A DNA stretch of 64,000 nucleotides from Eledone cirrhosa (GCA_964016885.1 OZ024762.1:12710001-12774000); one strand, 5' to 3'; positions 11,967-22,713 are shown, counted from the first letter of the stretch. Program-made: numbers and translations. The notes: generated by a model from the sequence alone, not told the origin.

Positions 11967-12322
11967 TTTGTGACAATATTTCTCATGAAATTCATTCAAT
12001 TGATTAATTAAGAATTTTGAAGGATCTACTGAAATTAATAATGAAAGCTTGTCAAAGAAAATGGGTTTGGAGGACCCTTCAGTTGTGTCAAAGACATGAC
12101 CACCACCCTAGTGTTATGTGAATTAATTATGTGAGATATTATGTGAGGTAAAGCCTTTACTGTGAAAATACAATAGTATATATAGAGTAATGTAAATGTT
12201 ATGTGAGATATTATGTGAGGTAAAGCCTTTACTGTGAAAATACAATAGTATATATAGAGTAATGTAAATGTTATGTGAGATATTATGTGAGGTAAAGCCT
12301 TTACTGTGAAAATACAATAGTA

Positions 12323-12665
12323 TCATCATCATCATCATTTCATTTTACGTCCGCTTTTCCCTGCTAGCAAGGGTGGGACAGGAACTGATTCTGGCTTGAT
12401 TTCTACAGCTGGATGCCCTTCCTAACACCAACCTCATTTACAGTGAGTGCTGGGTGCTTTTTTGCCGTGGCACCTCCACGACCACTTTGCAGTGGAATGA
12501 TATGGACCCCAGTCCCTATCATCTCATTTTTACAGCTGAGTAAACTGGAGCAATGTGAAATAAAGTGTCTTGCTCAAGGAAACAACACATCACCCGGTCT
12601 GAGAATTGAACTCACAACCTTTCGATTGCAAGGCCAATGCTCTAACCATTAAGCCATGTGCCTCC
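12323..12665 (-). mobile_element. tRNA-derived SINE with RTE-type 3' tail (family 1)
   Basis: A box tggcttaatgg, B box gagttcaattct, core ttccttgagcaagacactttatttcac, tail ...gaaaagcggacgtaaaatgaaatgatgat. Confidence 0.9.
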
Positions 12666-13056
12666 ATATATAGAGTATATATAGAGTAATGTAAATGTTA
12701 TGTGAGGTAAAGCCTTTACTGTGAAAATACAATAGTATATATAGAGTAATGTAAATGTTATGTGAGATATTATGTGAGGTAAAGCCTTTACTGTGAAAAT
12801 ATAATAGTATATATAGAGTGGTTTCTTTATTTGCCACTAGGGCACAAAAGGTAGGGACAGATACAAGGGGGGAAGTTTACATATAATTAACGAGTACAAA
12901 AATATAACAATGAAATAACAACAACAAACGAAGTCCTCAATAGGGAGGGGGCATTAACATGGGTCGCACACACCCCGGAAAAAATGTGTAACCCTTCTCC
13001 TCAGGAGCACAAAGAGTAGGTGCTTCCCTCGTCTCCGCTTTTTCCTCTTCTTTCAC

Positions 13057-16000
13057 CTACAGGCTGATATAGAGAGAAGACCCATTCACTCTGGCCATTC
13101 TCCCTACTTTCACCCACCTTTCATAAAACTTGCTGGGGTAGAGCACCTCTCTCTCCATTCTGATCCTTCTTTTAAAATGGTATTTGAAAAAGGGGACCAG
13201 TTGTTGGCCGGAGAGAAAGGTGTCTGACCTCAGCCCTTTCAGCCTCGTCCACCATACAACTTCTTTAGCCATGGCTACCACACAGAGAAAAACCGCCTCT
13301 CCTTCGTTTTTGAAAGGGGGAGGCGGTTTGATCGTGACAATGGACTCGGTGGTCAACCGGATTGGTCCCACCCTCGACAGTAGTCGTTCCACATAGCCCC
13401 ACAGGTCAGCAATGCCTGGGCAGTGTACGAATGCGTGCGCAACGGTTTCGTCATCATGCACGCATCTCGGACAGATCTTATTCAAAGGATCTCTACCCAG
13501 GCTCCCATGCCTGTGGAGCTTGTCTCGAACGGGTAGAGCCCCTCGGTAGCACTGCCAAGCCAGGGACTTTTGGAAGTTGTCCATCGGTCCAGGGCCAAAC
13601 GTCCTACCGAACAGACTGGCCAGTTCATCTTCCTCCATGCCTAGAGCTTCTCCGAGAGCATCGTCGCACCTGCTGCGTACCAACCCTCTATAGAATGTCG
13701 AGGTGGAGTCTCCACTGATTGCCGGGTCCGCTTTCCAGAGGGCCGTGAGCGCCTGGGCACATTCAATGTGCCAGTCGCCCACTTTTCTCGGTCTTTGCTT
13801 GACCCAGGATTGCAGCTCGGTGAGCGAGACGAGTCTGGGAAAGGCTCGCCTCACAAACGGGGCCCACACCGGTTGACCGGTGAGGAATACCTGGAGGTGC
13901 CGTAGCCTTAATGCGTGTTTACGCATCTGTAGCCACGGCATCCCCAGCCCTCCTTTCGAAGGGTGTTGACAGCAGATGGATCTCCTCACCAAAGGGGTCC
14001 GCTTGTTCCAAAGAAATTGGAACAGCGCGCACTCCATTTTGGCGAGTCTTTTCACTGGGCAAGGCACGACGGTCAAGCGGTAGTAGATGACGGATGCTAT
14101 ATAAGTATTCGCCACCTCCGCTCGACCTTTCAGGGATAGTTTGCACTGGGCCCACTTCTGGGTGAGTGCAAACACCCTGGCCGTTACCTCGTTCCAGTTT
14201 TTCTCCACCTGGAGGTCTGGTCCGAACCAGACCCCAAGCAGCTTCACCGGGCCCTCCGTCCAGCGTCCGACGACGTCGTTGGAGGGCATCGGTTTGCCTC
14301 TCCATGTTCCGAGTTGCAAACCGACGGACTTGTCCCGGTTCAGCTTGGCTCCTGTAAACCTTTCATATTCCTCCAGTAAGGTGCCGATCTCACCGATTTG
14401 CGAGGTTTTCGACACCATTACTGTCACGTCATCGGCGTAGGCCGACGCCGCTTTCTGCAATCCCGGTTCCAAAGGGATGCCCTGCAACCGCTCCAACTTC
14501 CGCAGTAGTGGCTCAAGAGCCAGCACATACAGTAGGGAGGAGAGAGGGCATCCCTGTCGGATGGATCGCATGATTTGGAACGGCTCCGAGAGGTGGCCGT
14601 TCACCTTGACCCTTGAGCAGACGTTGCTGCTGTGCATCGCAGCAATCCAACCCCTGAAAACGGGTCCGAAGCCTGCCGCCGCGAGCACCGCATCCAGGTA
14701 ACGATGGTCAACCCTATCGAAAGCTTTAGATTGATCCAAGTTGATCAGGGCCCCACCAAAGCCGGGTTCATTCCCTACCCTCTCTATGATGTATCGCATA
14801 AGGTGGAGATTGTCGTGAATGGACCTGGACGGGATTGCGCATGTCTGCGCTTCTCCCACCAGGTTTCCAACGACAAGCGCCAACCTCTTCGCTAACACCT
14901 TGGCCAAAATCTTTAACTCTGTATTTAGCAGAGTTATGGGCCTGAAGTTACTTATGTCATCCCCCTTGTTCTCATCCTTCCTCACCAGCGTAACTACGCC
15001 CTTGGTCACAGAACTGGGAATTCTCCCGTTCTGCTGCCAGTTGCAGTAGACCGCTTCGAGGATATCGGAGAACAAGTCCGGCATCGCTACATATAGCTCG
15101 TATGGTAGACCATCGAGACCCGGGGATTTGCGTTTGCCGCATTGGCTCAGCGCCGCCCCTATCTCAGCAGCTGAAATCGTCCTTTCGCAGGACTCCGCCT
15201 CCGCGTCCGAGAGGCGCGGCAGACCGTCGAGGTATGGATTGAAATCCATAGTCTCACCCGGCGCGCCGCCCCTCTCGAACAGTCGTGCAAAGTGCCGCTG
15301 AAAGGCCGCACACATCTGCCCAGGTTCAAGGATCACACGCCCATCCTGGTCCTTCAAAGACCGAATCGTGGACTTGTTCCCACTTTTTGCCTCTGTCACT
15401 CGGGCCCAGCTTACAGCTTTGGCTCCCTCATTACCCAGAGCACGTATTTTACTCCTGACAACGCAGCCTTCATGCTTCACCTCAAAGAACTGGTCTAAGG
15501 CCATTCTTGATGCCAGCACGCCGGCTACATTGCCACTCCTAATCGCCTCTTCTACTCTATCTACTAATTCCCTTTCCGTCTTGTTCCTATCCCTTGCTAA
15601 TTCCTGACTAAAACCTATCGATTCTATTCTAATTGCTCTCTTAAGAGAGCTCCACCACCTGTTGTTGACAATTGCCCCTGTCAAATTCTGCTTAACTAAC
15701 GTGCTAATCCGTTTACTGTAAGCTTTGCTTCTCGGTAAGGACAAGTTCAGCTTCCAGTAACCGGGTCCCTGTCTATGGGTTCTATCAAGGTTGGCTATGC
15801 AGGTCACTAACTTGTGATCCGAATAGTCAACCATGAACATTTTTGGACAGCTAAATGTGTCCCTATCGTTCTCTCTAACTAGGACCCTATCTAGGTACGA
15901 CCTAGATGTTCCACTGCGATTGGTCCACGTCCATAGTGGTACAGTCGGAAAATCTAATCGATATCTATCGGCCAGGTCAAATCGGCCGATTAACCTTTTG

Positions 16001-16494
16001 AGGCTTTTACACCCCCCTCTATTGGCACATGCCCCTACATAGTCCCAACGTGCATCCAGGATACCATTCCAGTCCCCCACTAAAAGCAAGGAGCGGGACG
16101 TTCCCAGAAAAGTTTCCAGACGTTGGAAGTATTCCGGCCGCGCTGCCCAAAAAGGGGCGTACACAGCTATTAGTCTAAGGGCTCCACTTTCACTACTGCC
16201 GACGTCTAAAACCACCAGTCGACCCTCCGGGTCCAGGTGCACCTTCTGTATGGCGAGGCCCAGGTGTTTTCGCAGCAGAACGACAACTCCACCCCCACCC
16301 CCCGGTTGACAGAGAGATGCGAAGATCTCAAAGTCGTCGAAGAGGGGCGCCAGTTGGTGCTCGCTGCTGATCCTGGACTCGCAAATAGCCATTACATCCA
16401 TTCTATGTGACCTGAGATCGTTTAAAAGTTTGCCTTGTTTCCAAGACAGTCCCAGGCCACGTACATTCAGAAACCCAACTCTTATATCAGCCAT
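13057..16494 (-). CDS. ORF2: APE endonuclease, reverse transcriptase and C-terminal CCHC (zf-RVT-like)
   Basis: FLNVRGL, VYAP, GDWN, YLDRV, SDHK; SPGLDGLPYE, NFRPITLLN, LDQSKAFDRV, RQGCPLS, YADD; CPRC..DETVAHAFVHC. 1145 aa without a stop. Confidence 0.95.
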   Translation of the reverse strand: MADIRVGFLNVRGLGLSWKQGKLLNDLRSHRMDVMAICESRISSEHQLAPLFDDFEIFASLCQPGGGGGVVVLLRKHLGLAIQKVHLDPEGRLVVLDVGSSESGALRLIAVYAPFWAARPEYFQRLETFLGTSRSLLLVGDWNGILDARWDYVGACANRGGCKSLKRLIGRFDLADRYRLDFPTVPLWTWTNRSGTSRSYLDRVLVRENDRDTFSCPKMFMVDYSDHKLVTCIANLDRTHRQGPGYWKLNLSLPRSKAYSKRISTLVKQNLTGAIVNNRWWSSLKRAIRIESIGFSQELARDRNKTERELVDRVEEAIRSGNVAGVLASRMALDQFFEVKHEGCVVRSKIRALGNEGAKAVSWARVTEAKSGNKSTIRSLKDQDGRVILEPGQMCAAFQRHFARLFERGGAPGETMDFNPYLDGLPRLSDAEAESCERTISAAEIGAALSQCGKRKSPGLDGLPYELYVAMPDLFSDILEAVYCNWQQNGRIPSSVTKGVVTLVRKDENKGDDISNFRPITLLNTELKILAKVLAKRLALVVGNLVGEAQTCAIPSRSIHDNLHLMRYIIERVGNEPGFGGALINLDQSKAFDRVDHRYLDAVLAAAGFGPVFRGWIAAMHSSNVCSRVKVNGHLSEPFQIMRSIRQGCPLSSLLYVLALEPLLRKLERLQGIPLEPGLQKAASAYADDVTVMVSKTSQIGEIGTLLEEYERFTGAKLNRDKSVGLQLGTWRGKPMPSNDVVGRWTEGPVKLLGVWFGPDLQVEKNWNEVTARVFALTQKWAQCKLSLKGRAEVANTYIASVIYYRLTVVPCPVKRLAKMECALFQFLWNKRTPLVRRSICCQHPSKGGLGMPWLQMRKHALRLRHLQVFLTGQPVWAPFVRRAFPRLVSLTELQSWVKQRPRKVGDWHIECAQALTALWKADPAISGDSTSTFYRGLVRSRCDDALGEALGMEEDELASLFGRTFGPGPMDNFQKSLAWQCYRGALPVRDKLHRHGSLGRDPLNKICPRCVHDDETVAHAFVHCPGIADLWGYVERLLSRVGPIRLTTESIVTIKPPPPFKNEGEAVFLCVVAMAKEVVWWTRLKGLRSDTFLSGQQLVPFFKYHFKRRIRMEREVLYPSKFYERWVKVGRMARVNGSSLYISL

Positions 16495-16515
16495 GTTGGT
16501 TAAAAGAGGAAGGAC

Positions 16516-18258
16516 CTACCTGTTCGGCTCCTGAGGAGCAGGTTGCACAATATCCATGGGCGTATTGGAGGGGTTGTTTGGTGGGGTGTTGTTCTGTGGT
16601 GGAGTGGGGGTGTTTGGTGAGGTGTGGGTGGGGAAACGTTTCAAGAGGACGCGGTTATAGGGTCGAGTACATGTTTTCCCCACGTCCTCAGGAAAGTTCT
16701 CTCTTAGTTTTGCATAGGTGTCCATTGGGAGTCTTATCATTTTTAAATGCGGTTTGTTGGCCGCGCTTGCAAAGAATTGCCCTTCAGTTTCCACCAAAGG
16801 GTCTTTGTGTATTGTTTTTACTAGTTCTTTGTTATTTGTGTTAATGTATGTATACTGTTTTATTTGTGTTGTGTTTGTTTGTTGTTCTTGTGTGTGCTTA
16901 CGTTTTGTTGTATGTGTTATGTTTTGGGGTGGGGCGGATTTTGTTTGTTCTGTTTGTTTTGTTTTTGTTGGTGGTTGTGTGTTTGTTTCGTTTATGTTCG
17001 AGTGGTGCTTTCTTTTTTTCCTTTTTACAGGTTGGAAGGGTTCCCCCTCTTCGTCACTAGGTGCCGTTTCCGCTGGGTCCTCGTCCGTGCTGTCGGGTAG
17101 TGGTGTATTTTGGGGTTTTGTTGTATTTGTGTGTGTTTTGGGAGTTGTTTTGGGTGGGGCCGTGTCTTGTGTTATTTTTCCCTGTTGTTTTTGTTGTTGT
17201 TGTGGTGGTGGTGGTGGAGGTGGTGGTGGTGGTGGTGGTGGCGGTGGTGGTGTGTGGGGTGTAGGCAAAAGAGCCTTTTTTTTTGTCAATTGAGGACAAG
17301 CAGCCCTTAGATGACCCCTGCTTGAACAGTAGTAACATATGGGCCTCCTACCCTCGGCTGAAATATATATAAATGTTTCTCCATCGAGGGACACCCTCTG
17401 TGGTATTCTAGCGATTCGTTCTGGTCTCATTTGGACCAGAACCTCCACGCTCAAACCGCCGAAAACGTCTGTGGTGACTTCTCCTACTGAGAGGATTCCG
17501 TCCTCGTCTTCTAAAAATCCTGTTAGTACCCAGGAAATGCATGCATTTGGCCGGATTCCGGAGACCCTTATCTTCTGCGTTCTTTTCCCTAAATATGTGG
17601 GGAAAAATGTATATATCTTGGAAACAATTGGTGCCACAGAGTATTTCCTGGCCGTCAATTGATCCTTCATTAGGACCGTTATATTCCCATAGAGTGGCCC
17701 TTTTTGTATGAACGATATATCACTCCACACATTTTTTAGGACCAGCTCAATCTCTTTTTGGGATAATTGAGTTGGTTTCCTTGTTATGTTGGAAATTGTT
17801 CTGAAAGATATCGTTCTTAGCGTCGTGTCTCTTTTGATTTCTTGTGGGGAGGTGATTGTGAAGTCTCCTCCTTCTTTGAAAGTTACATACTGTTTCGCTT
17901 CCTTCATCTTTTCTCTCAGAGTTGTAATGTCCAGTTGCTTGCAGGTTTGTGTTTTCCGGACCGCCTGTGCAAAGGAGGTACCAGTAGTGGGTTCACTTTG
18001 TTTGGTGTTATCGTTATTTTTTCCTTGGTTGGTGTTGTGACTATTGCTGTTATTGTCGTTGATGTTTTTGTCTGCGTTTATGTGACTTTCTGGGTTTTCA
18101 CCCATTTCTACAAATTTTTCTTTTAATTCCGTGTTCCATGTTTCTTTTGCAGAAGTGAGGAGGGAAGACTTAGAGCCTTGTGCTTCTAGCTTCTCTGTAT
18201 CACCTTTCTTAGGGGGCGTGGCTTTCACGTTAGGATGAGATGTGAAAATTCCGTCCAT
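16516..18258 (-). CDS. ORF1 (gag-like) with a CCHC zinc knuckle and a Pro-rich tail
   Basis: First ATG at 18258; SFAQAV motif, CYYCSSRGHLRAAC, poly-P and FQPVKRKKRK; 580 aa. Confidence 0.85.
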   Translation of the reverse strand: MDGIFTSHPNVKATPPKKGDTEKLEAQGSKSSLLTSAKETWNTELKEKFVEMGENPESHINADKNINDNNSNSHNTNQGKNNDNTKQSEPTTGTSFAQAVRKTQTCKQLDITTLREKMKEAKQYVTFKEGGDFTITSPQEIKRDTTLRTISFRTISNITRKPTQLSQKEIELVLKNVWSDISFIQKGPLYGNITVLMKDQLTARKYSVAPIVSKIYTFFPTYLGKRTQKIRVSGIRPNACISWVLTGFLEDEDGILSVGEVTTDVFGGLSVEVLVQMRPERIARIPQRVSLDGETFIYISAEGRRPICYYCSSRGHLRAACPQLTKKKALLPTPHTPPPPPPPPPPPPPPPPQQQQKQQGKITQDTAPPKTTPKTHTNTTKPQNTPLPDSTDEDPAETAPSDEEGEPFQPVKRKKRKHHSNINETNTQPPTKTKQTEQTKSAPPQNITHTTKRKHTQEQQTNTTQIKQYTYINTNNKELVKTIHKDPLVETEGQFFASAANKPHLKMIRLPMDTYAKLRENFPEDVGKTCTRPYNRVLLKRFPTHTSPNTPTPPQNNTPPNNPSNTPMDIVQPAPQEPNR

Positions 18259-21200
18259 TTCTATTAGTTTGCCGTAATAAATTTTTAACTGGAAAATTCG
18301 CCCCAAAAAGGGGCGAAAATAAATAAACTCAAAGTTTGACGACCAAGGCAAGGGGTTAACGTATATTACAGTATAAAAAATTAATCAAAACTCACTTTTT
18401 GAGTAAGTAAATCCGACTCGGTAGCCGAGCTTGTTCACACACGTCAACACACGTCTCTCGTATACGAGATGTTATGTGAGATATTATGTGAGGTAAAGTC
18501 TTTACTGTGAAAATACAATAGTATATATAGAGTAATGTAAATGTTATGTGAGGTAAAGTCTTTACTGTGAAAATACAATAATATATATAGAGTAATGTAA
18601 ATGTTATGCGAGATATTATGTAAGGTAAAGTCTTTACTGTGAAAATACAATAGTATATATAGAGTAATGTAAATGTTATGTGAGATATTATGTGAGGTAA
18701 AGTCTTTACTGTGAAAATACAATAGTATATATAGAGTAATGTAAATGTTATGTCATATATTATGTGAGGTAAAGTCTTTACTGTGAAAATACAATAGTAT
18801 ATATAGAGTAATGTAAATGTTATGTGAGATATTATGTGAGGTAAAGTCTTTACTGTGAAAATACAATAATATATATAGAGTAATGTAAATGTTATGTGAG
18901 ATATTATGTAAGGTAAAGTCTTTACTGTGAAAATACAATAGTATATATAGAGTAATGTAAATGTTATGTGAGATAATTATGTGAGGTAAAGTCTTTACTG
19001 TGAAAATACAATAGTATATATAGAGTAATGTAAATGTTATGTGAGATATTATGTGAGGTAAAGCCTTTACTGTGAAAATACAATAGTATATATAGAGTAA
19101 TGTAAATGTTATGTGAGATATTATGTGAGGTAAAGTCTTTACTGTGAAAATACAATAGTATATATAGAGTAATGTAAATGTTATGTGATATATTATGTGA
19201 GGTAAAGTCTTTACTGTGAAAATACAATAGTATATATAGAGTAATGTAAATGTTATGTGAGATATTATGTGAGGTAAAGTCTTTACTGTGAAAATACAAT
19301 AGTATATATAGAGTAATATAAATGTTATGCGAGATATTATGTGAGGTAAAGCCTTTACTGTGAAAATACAATAGTATATATAGAGTAATGTAAATGTTAT
19401 GTGAGATATTATGTGAGGTAAAGCCTTTACTGTGAAAATACAATAGTATATATAGAGTAATATAAATGTTATGCGAGATATTATGTGAGGTAAAGCCTTT
19501 ACTGTGAAAATACAATAGTATATATAGAGTAATGTAAATGTTATGTGAGATATTATGTGAGGTAAAGCCTTTACTGTGAAAATACAATAGTATATATAGA
19601 GTAATATAAATGTTATGCGAGATATTATGTGAGGTAAAGCCTTTACTGTGAAAATACAATAGTATATATAGAGTAATGTAAATGTTATGTGAGATATGTG
19701 AGGTAAAGCCTTTACTGTGAAAATACAATAGTATATATAGAGTAATGTAAATGTTATGTGAGGTAAAGCCTCTACTGTGAAAATACAATAGTATATATAG
19801 AGTAATGTAAATGTTATGTGAGATAATTATGTGAGGTAAAGTCTTTACTGTGAAAATACAATAATATATATAGAGTAATGTAAATGTTATGCGAGATATT
19901 ATGTAAGGTAAAGTCTTTACTGTGAAAATACAATAGTATATATAGAGTAATGTAAATGTTATGTGAGATATGTGAGGTAAAGCCTTTACTGTGAAAATAC
20001 AATAGTATATATAGAGTAATGTAAATTTTATGCGAGATATTATGTGAGGTAAAGCCTTTACTGTGAAAATACAATAGTATATATAGAGTAATGTAAATGT
20101 TATGTGAGATATTATGTGAGGTAAAGTCTTTACTGTGACAATACAATAGTATATATAGAGTAATGTAAATGTTATGTGAGATAATTATGTGAGGTAAAGT
20201 CTTTACTGTGAAAATACAATAATATATATAGAGTAATGTAAATGTTATGTGAGATATTATGTGAGGTAAAGCCTTTACTGTGAAAATACAATAGTATATA
20301 TAGAGTAATATAAATGTTATGCGAGATATTATGTGAGGTAAAGCCTTTACTGTGAAAATACAATAGTATATATAGAGTAATGTAAATGTTATGCGAGATA
20401 TTATGTGAGGTAAAGCCTTTACTGTGAAAATACAATAGTATATGTAGAGTAATGTAAATGTTATGTGAGATATTATGTGAGGTAAAGTCTTTACTGTGAC
20501 AATACAATAGTATATATAGAGTAATGTAAATGTTATGTGAGATATTATGTGAGGTAAAGTCTTTACTGTGACAATACAATAGTATATATAGAGTAATGTA
20601 AATGTTATGTGAGATATTATGTGAGGTAAAGTCTTTACTGTGAAAATACAATAGTATATGTAGAGTAATGTAAATGTTATGTGAGATATTATGTGAGGTA
20701 AAGTCTTTACTGTGAAAATACAATAATATATATAGAGTAATGTAAATGTTATGTGAGATATTATGTGAGGTAAAGTCTTTACTGTGAAAATACAATAGTA
20801 TATATAGAGTAATATAAATGTTATGCGAGATATTATGTGAGGTAAAGCCTTTACTGTGAAAATACAATAGTATATGTAGAGTAATGTAAATGTTATGTGA
20901 GATATTATGTGAGGTAAAGTCTTTACTGTGAAAATACAATAGTATATATAGAGTAATGTAAATGTTAAAGGATTAAACGAAAGATGTATGAAATATGTTG
21001 ACTGAGGAATAAAATCAACCATTTTTGGAAGAAGTGTGGACCAGATTCTGAATAATTAATTATGTAATATAGGAAGAGGAGGAGATCCTGATTTTGGTGG
21101 AAGTCAATTATTTTCTGATTGGTCAGTTGTGGCCAGGCAGCTGATTTTTTCAAATATCCTGACTAAAGTACTGTCAAATATTAGGCTGTACAATTACTGC

Positions 21201-21314
21201 GTAGTGAAACCGGATCCTGGACCCACTTACAATGTTAAGTGGGTAAACTGGGCAGTCAATATTAACGTAAGATTATGCACTGACCTATCCCCACCATCGT
21301 TTTTAGGTATAAAA

Positions 21315-21383
<69 letters not shown>

Positions 21384-21450
21384 CATCATTGTTTACCGTC
21401 TATCTTCTACGCTAGCATGGGTTAGACAAGTAATTGTTTCACTATTATGG

Positions 21451-21499
<49 letters not shown>

Positions 21500-21537
21500 A
21501 TATTAACAAATGGAAACTATATTTATAAAACCATATT

Positions 21538-21603
21538 TATTTCATTATACATATTTCAAGGGCCACCAAGGCAAACTATGGTGCGCTTTCATCAGATAAA
21601 ATA
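21538..21603 (-). ncRNA. Minimal type I hammerhead ribozyme
   Basis: Minus strand: tattttat-CTGATGA-aagcgcaccatagtttgccttggtggccctt-GAAA-tatgta-TA-atgaaata. Confidence 0.75.
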
Positions 21604-21615
21604 TAATATAGGTTA

Positions 21616-21681
21616 TATTTTATCTGATGAAAGTGCACCATAGTTTGCCTTGGTGGCCCTTGAAATATGTATAATGAAATA
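21616..21681 (+). ncRNA. Minimal type I hammerhead ribozyme
   Basis: tattttat-CTGATGA(21624-30)-aagtgcacca..tggtggccctt-GAAA(21662-65)-tatgta-TA-atgaaata. Confidence 0.75.
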
Positions 21682-22116
21682 AATATAGTTTCCATTTGTT
21701 AATATATTGTATATTTACTCCAATAATTTGTTGAGTGCTTTATATCAGTTATAAAAATATTTTGCTTGTTGTATCCCAACAAATTAAATATAACTTCTAC
21801 ATATATATATATATATTGGTGATCGAATAACGTGAAAACAAGCGGGTAGCGATCTCTAGACCTACCAGTTCAGAGAAACAATTGTCAGCAATGAGATTAA
21901 AAACCTTTTTTGTATAGCAAACCGTGTCACTCTTCTTTCCTGATATATCATTACTCCAAGTGTTTACAACATAGGAATTACAGCGTACTCGCAGCATCAC
22001 TATGGAAACGCCTTGTTGAGTCAAACTTAGCCAAGCGCTGATATCATCCACTACCCGGAGTACCATAACTGGACTACACTTAAGTGAACTACCTATAACA
22101 ATAATTTGTTAACCCG

Positions 22117-22140
<24 letters not shown>

Positions 22141-22147
<7 letters not shown>

Positions 22148-22310
22148 ATATTTGGGGAGGGTCATATTGTTATAATATTACCAGAAAACACACTCAACTG
22201 TTTGGTTTGGATTGGTTTTCATTTCTGTATATTTTATACCTTTATAGTTAATTTATCAGGCAATCAATGTTTATCATTGATTGACCAACGGTTAAAAATA
22301 CAGATATAAA
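22141..22310 (-). mobile_element. Degenerate relative of the tailed PLE mini-elements
   Basis: Minus-strand tail aatccaaa..ttgagtg...aaatataac, a weak inverted repeat and (TA)n flanks; no hammerhead core. Confidence 0.35.
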
Positions 22311-22342
22311 TATATATATATATATAAATATATATATATATA

Positions 22343-22624
22343 AGATCAAAAGATGGTTAAAAGAGTTCCAAGTATTTTATTATGGGCATTTCAAAAATAA
22401 ATATCAACATGGGATGATATTTGCGTTCTCATCAGATAAAATAGGGAGACATGATATGAAGCTTAAAAACACTTGCGAGCAGTGAAGTGTTAAATCAACA
22501 TACGGAACTCTTTTAACCATCTTTTGATCTCATATTATTTATACTCCAGTCCTATAAACTATTGAGTGGTACTTATCCGATATTTGCATTGCTTTATTGT
22601 TCTACAATAAAACTCACTTCCTAC
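22343..22624 (+). mobile_element. PLE-derived mini-element (inverted hammerhead copy plus tailed copy)
   Basis: 27-bp perfect inverted repeat agatcaaaagatggttaaaagagttcc (22343-69) / 22504-30; tail tactccag..attgagtg...cttcctac. Confidence 0.7.
22373..22443 (-). ncRNA. Minimal type I hammerhead ribozyme
   Basis: Minus strand: tattttat-CTGATGA-gaacgcaaatatca..tgatatttattttt-GAAA-tg-cc-ca-TA-ataaaata, with a perfect 8-bp stem I. Confidence 0.75.
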
Positions 22625-22648
22625 ATACATACATACATACATACATAA

Positions 22649-22713
<65 letters not shown>

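Larger units (their letters stand above)
12820..18469 (-). mobile_element. Full-length Tx1/L1-clade non-LTR retrotransposon
   Basis: 5' UTR, ORF1, 21-nt spacer, ORF2, and a 3' UTR ending AATAAAgaaacc. The 72-bp satellite lies on both sides. Confidence 0.92.
12112..20972 (+). repeat. 72-bp minisatellite (~40 units; main block 18470-20965) interrupted by a SINE and a Tx1-like LINE
   Basis: Unit tgttatgtgagatattatgtgaggtaaag(c/t)ctttactgtgaaaatacaatagtatatatagagtaatgtaaa. The array ends in aatgttaaagga followed by TTAA. Confidence 0.95.
21491..21800 (+). mobile_element. Palindromic PLE-derived mini-element with two divergent hammerheads and a 3' tail
   Basis: ~110-bp near-perfect inverted repeat (21491-21605 / 21614-21714), an ~85-bp tail (tactccaataatttgttgagtgc...aaatataact) and (TA)n flanks. 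Confidence 0.8.

Noticed and set aside
18259-18351. N-terminal extension of Tx1 ORF1 shown in the ORF track
   Set aside because: It starts at TTG; the first ATG is at 18258.
21815-22120. 89-aa ORF or additional TONSL exon
   Set aside because: No recognisable motif, and the TONSL frame is already continuous from 11744 to 23576 without it.
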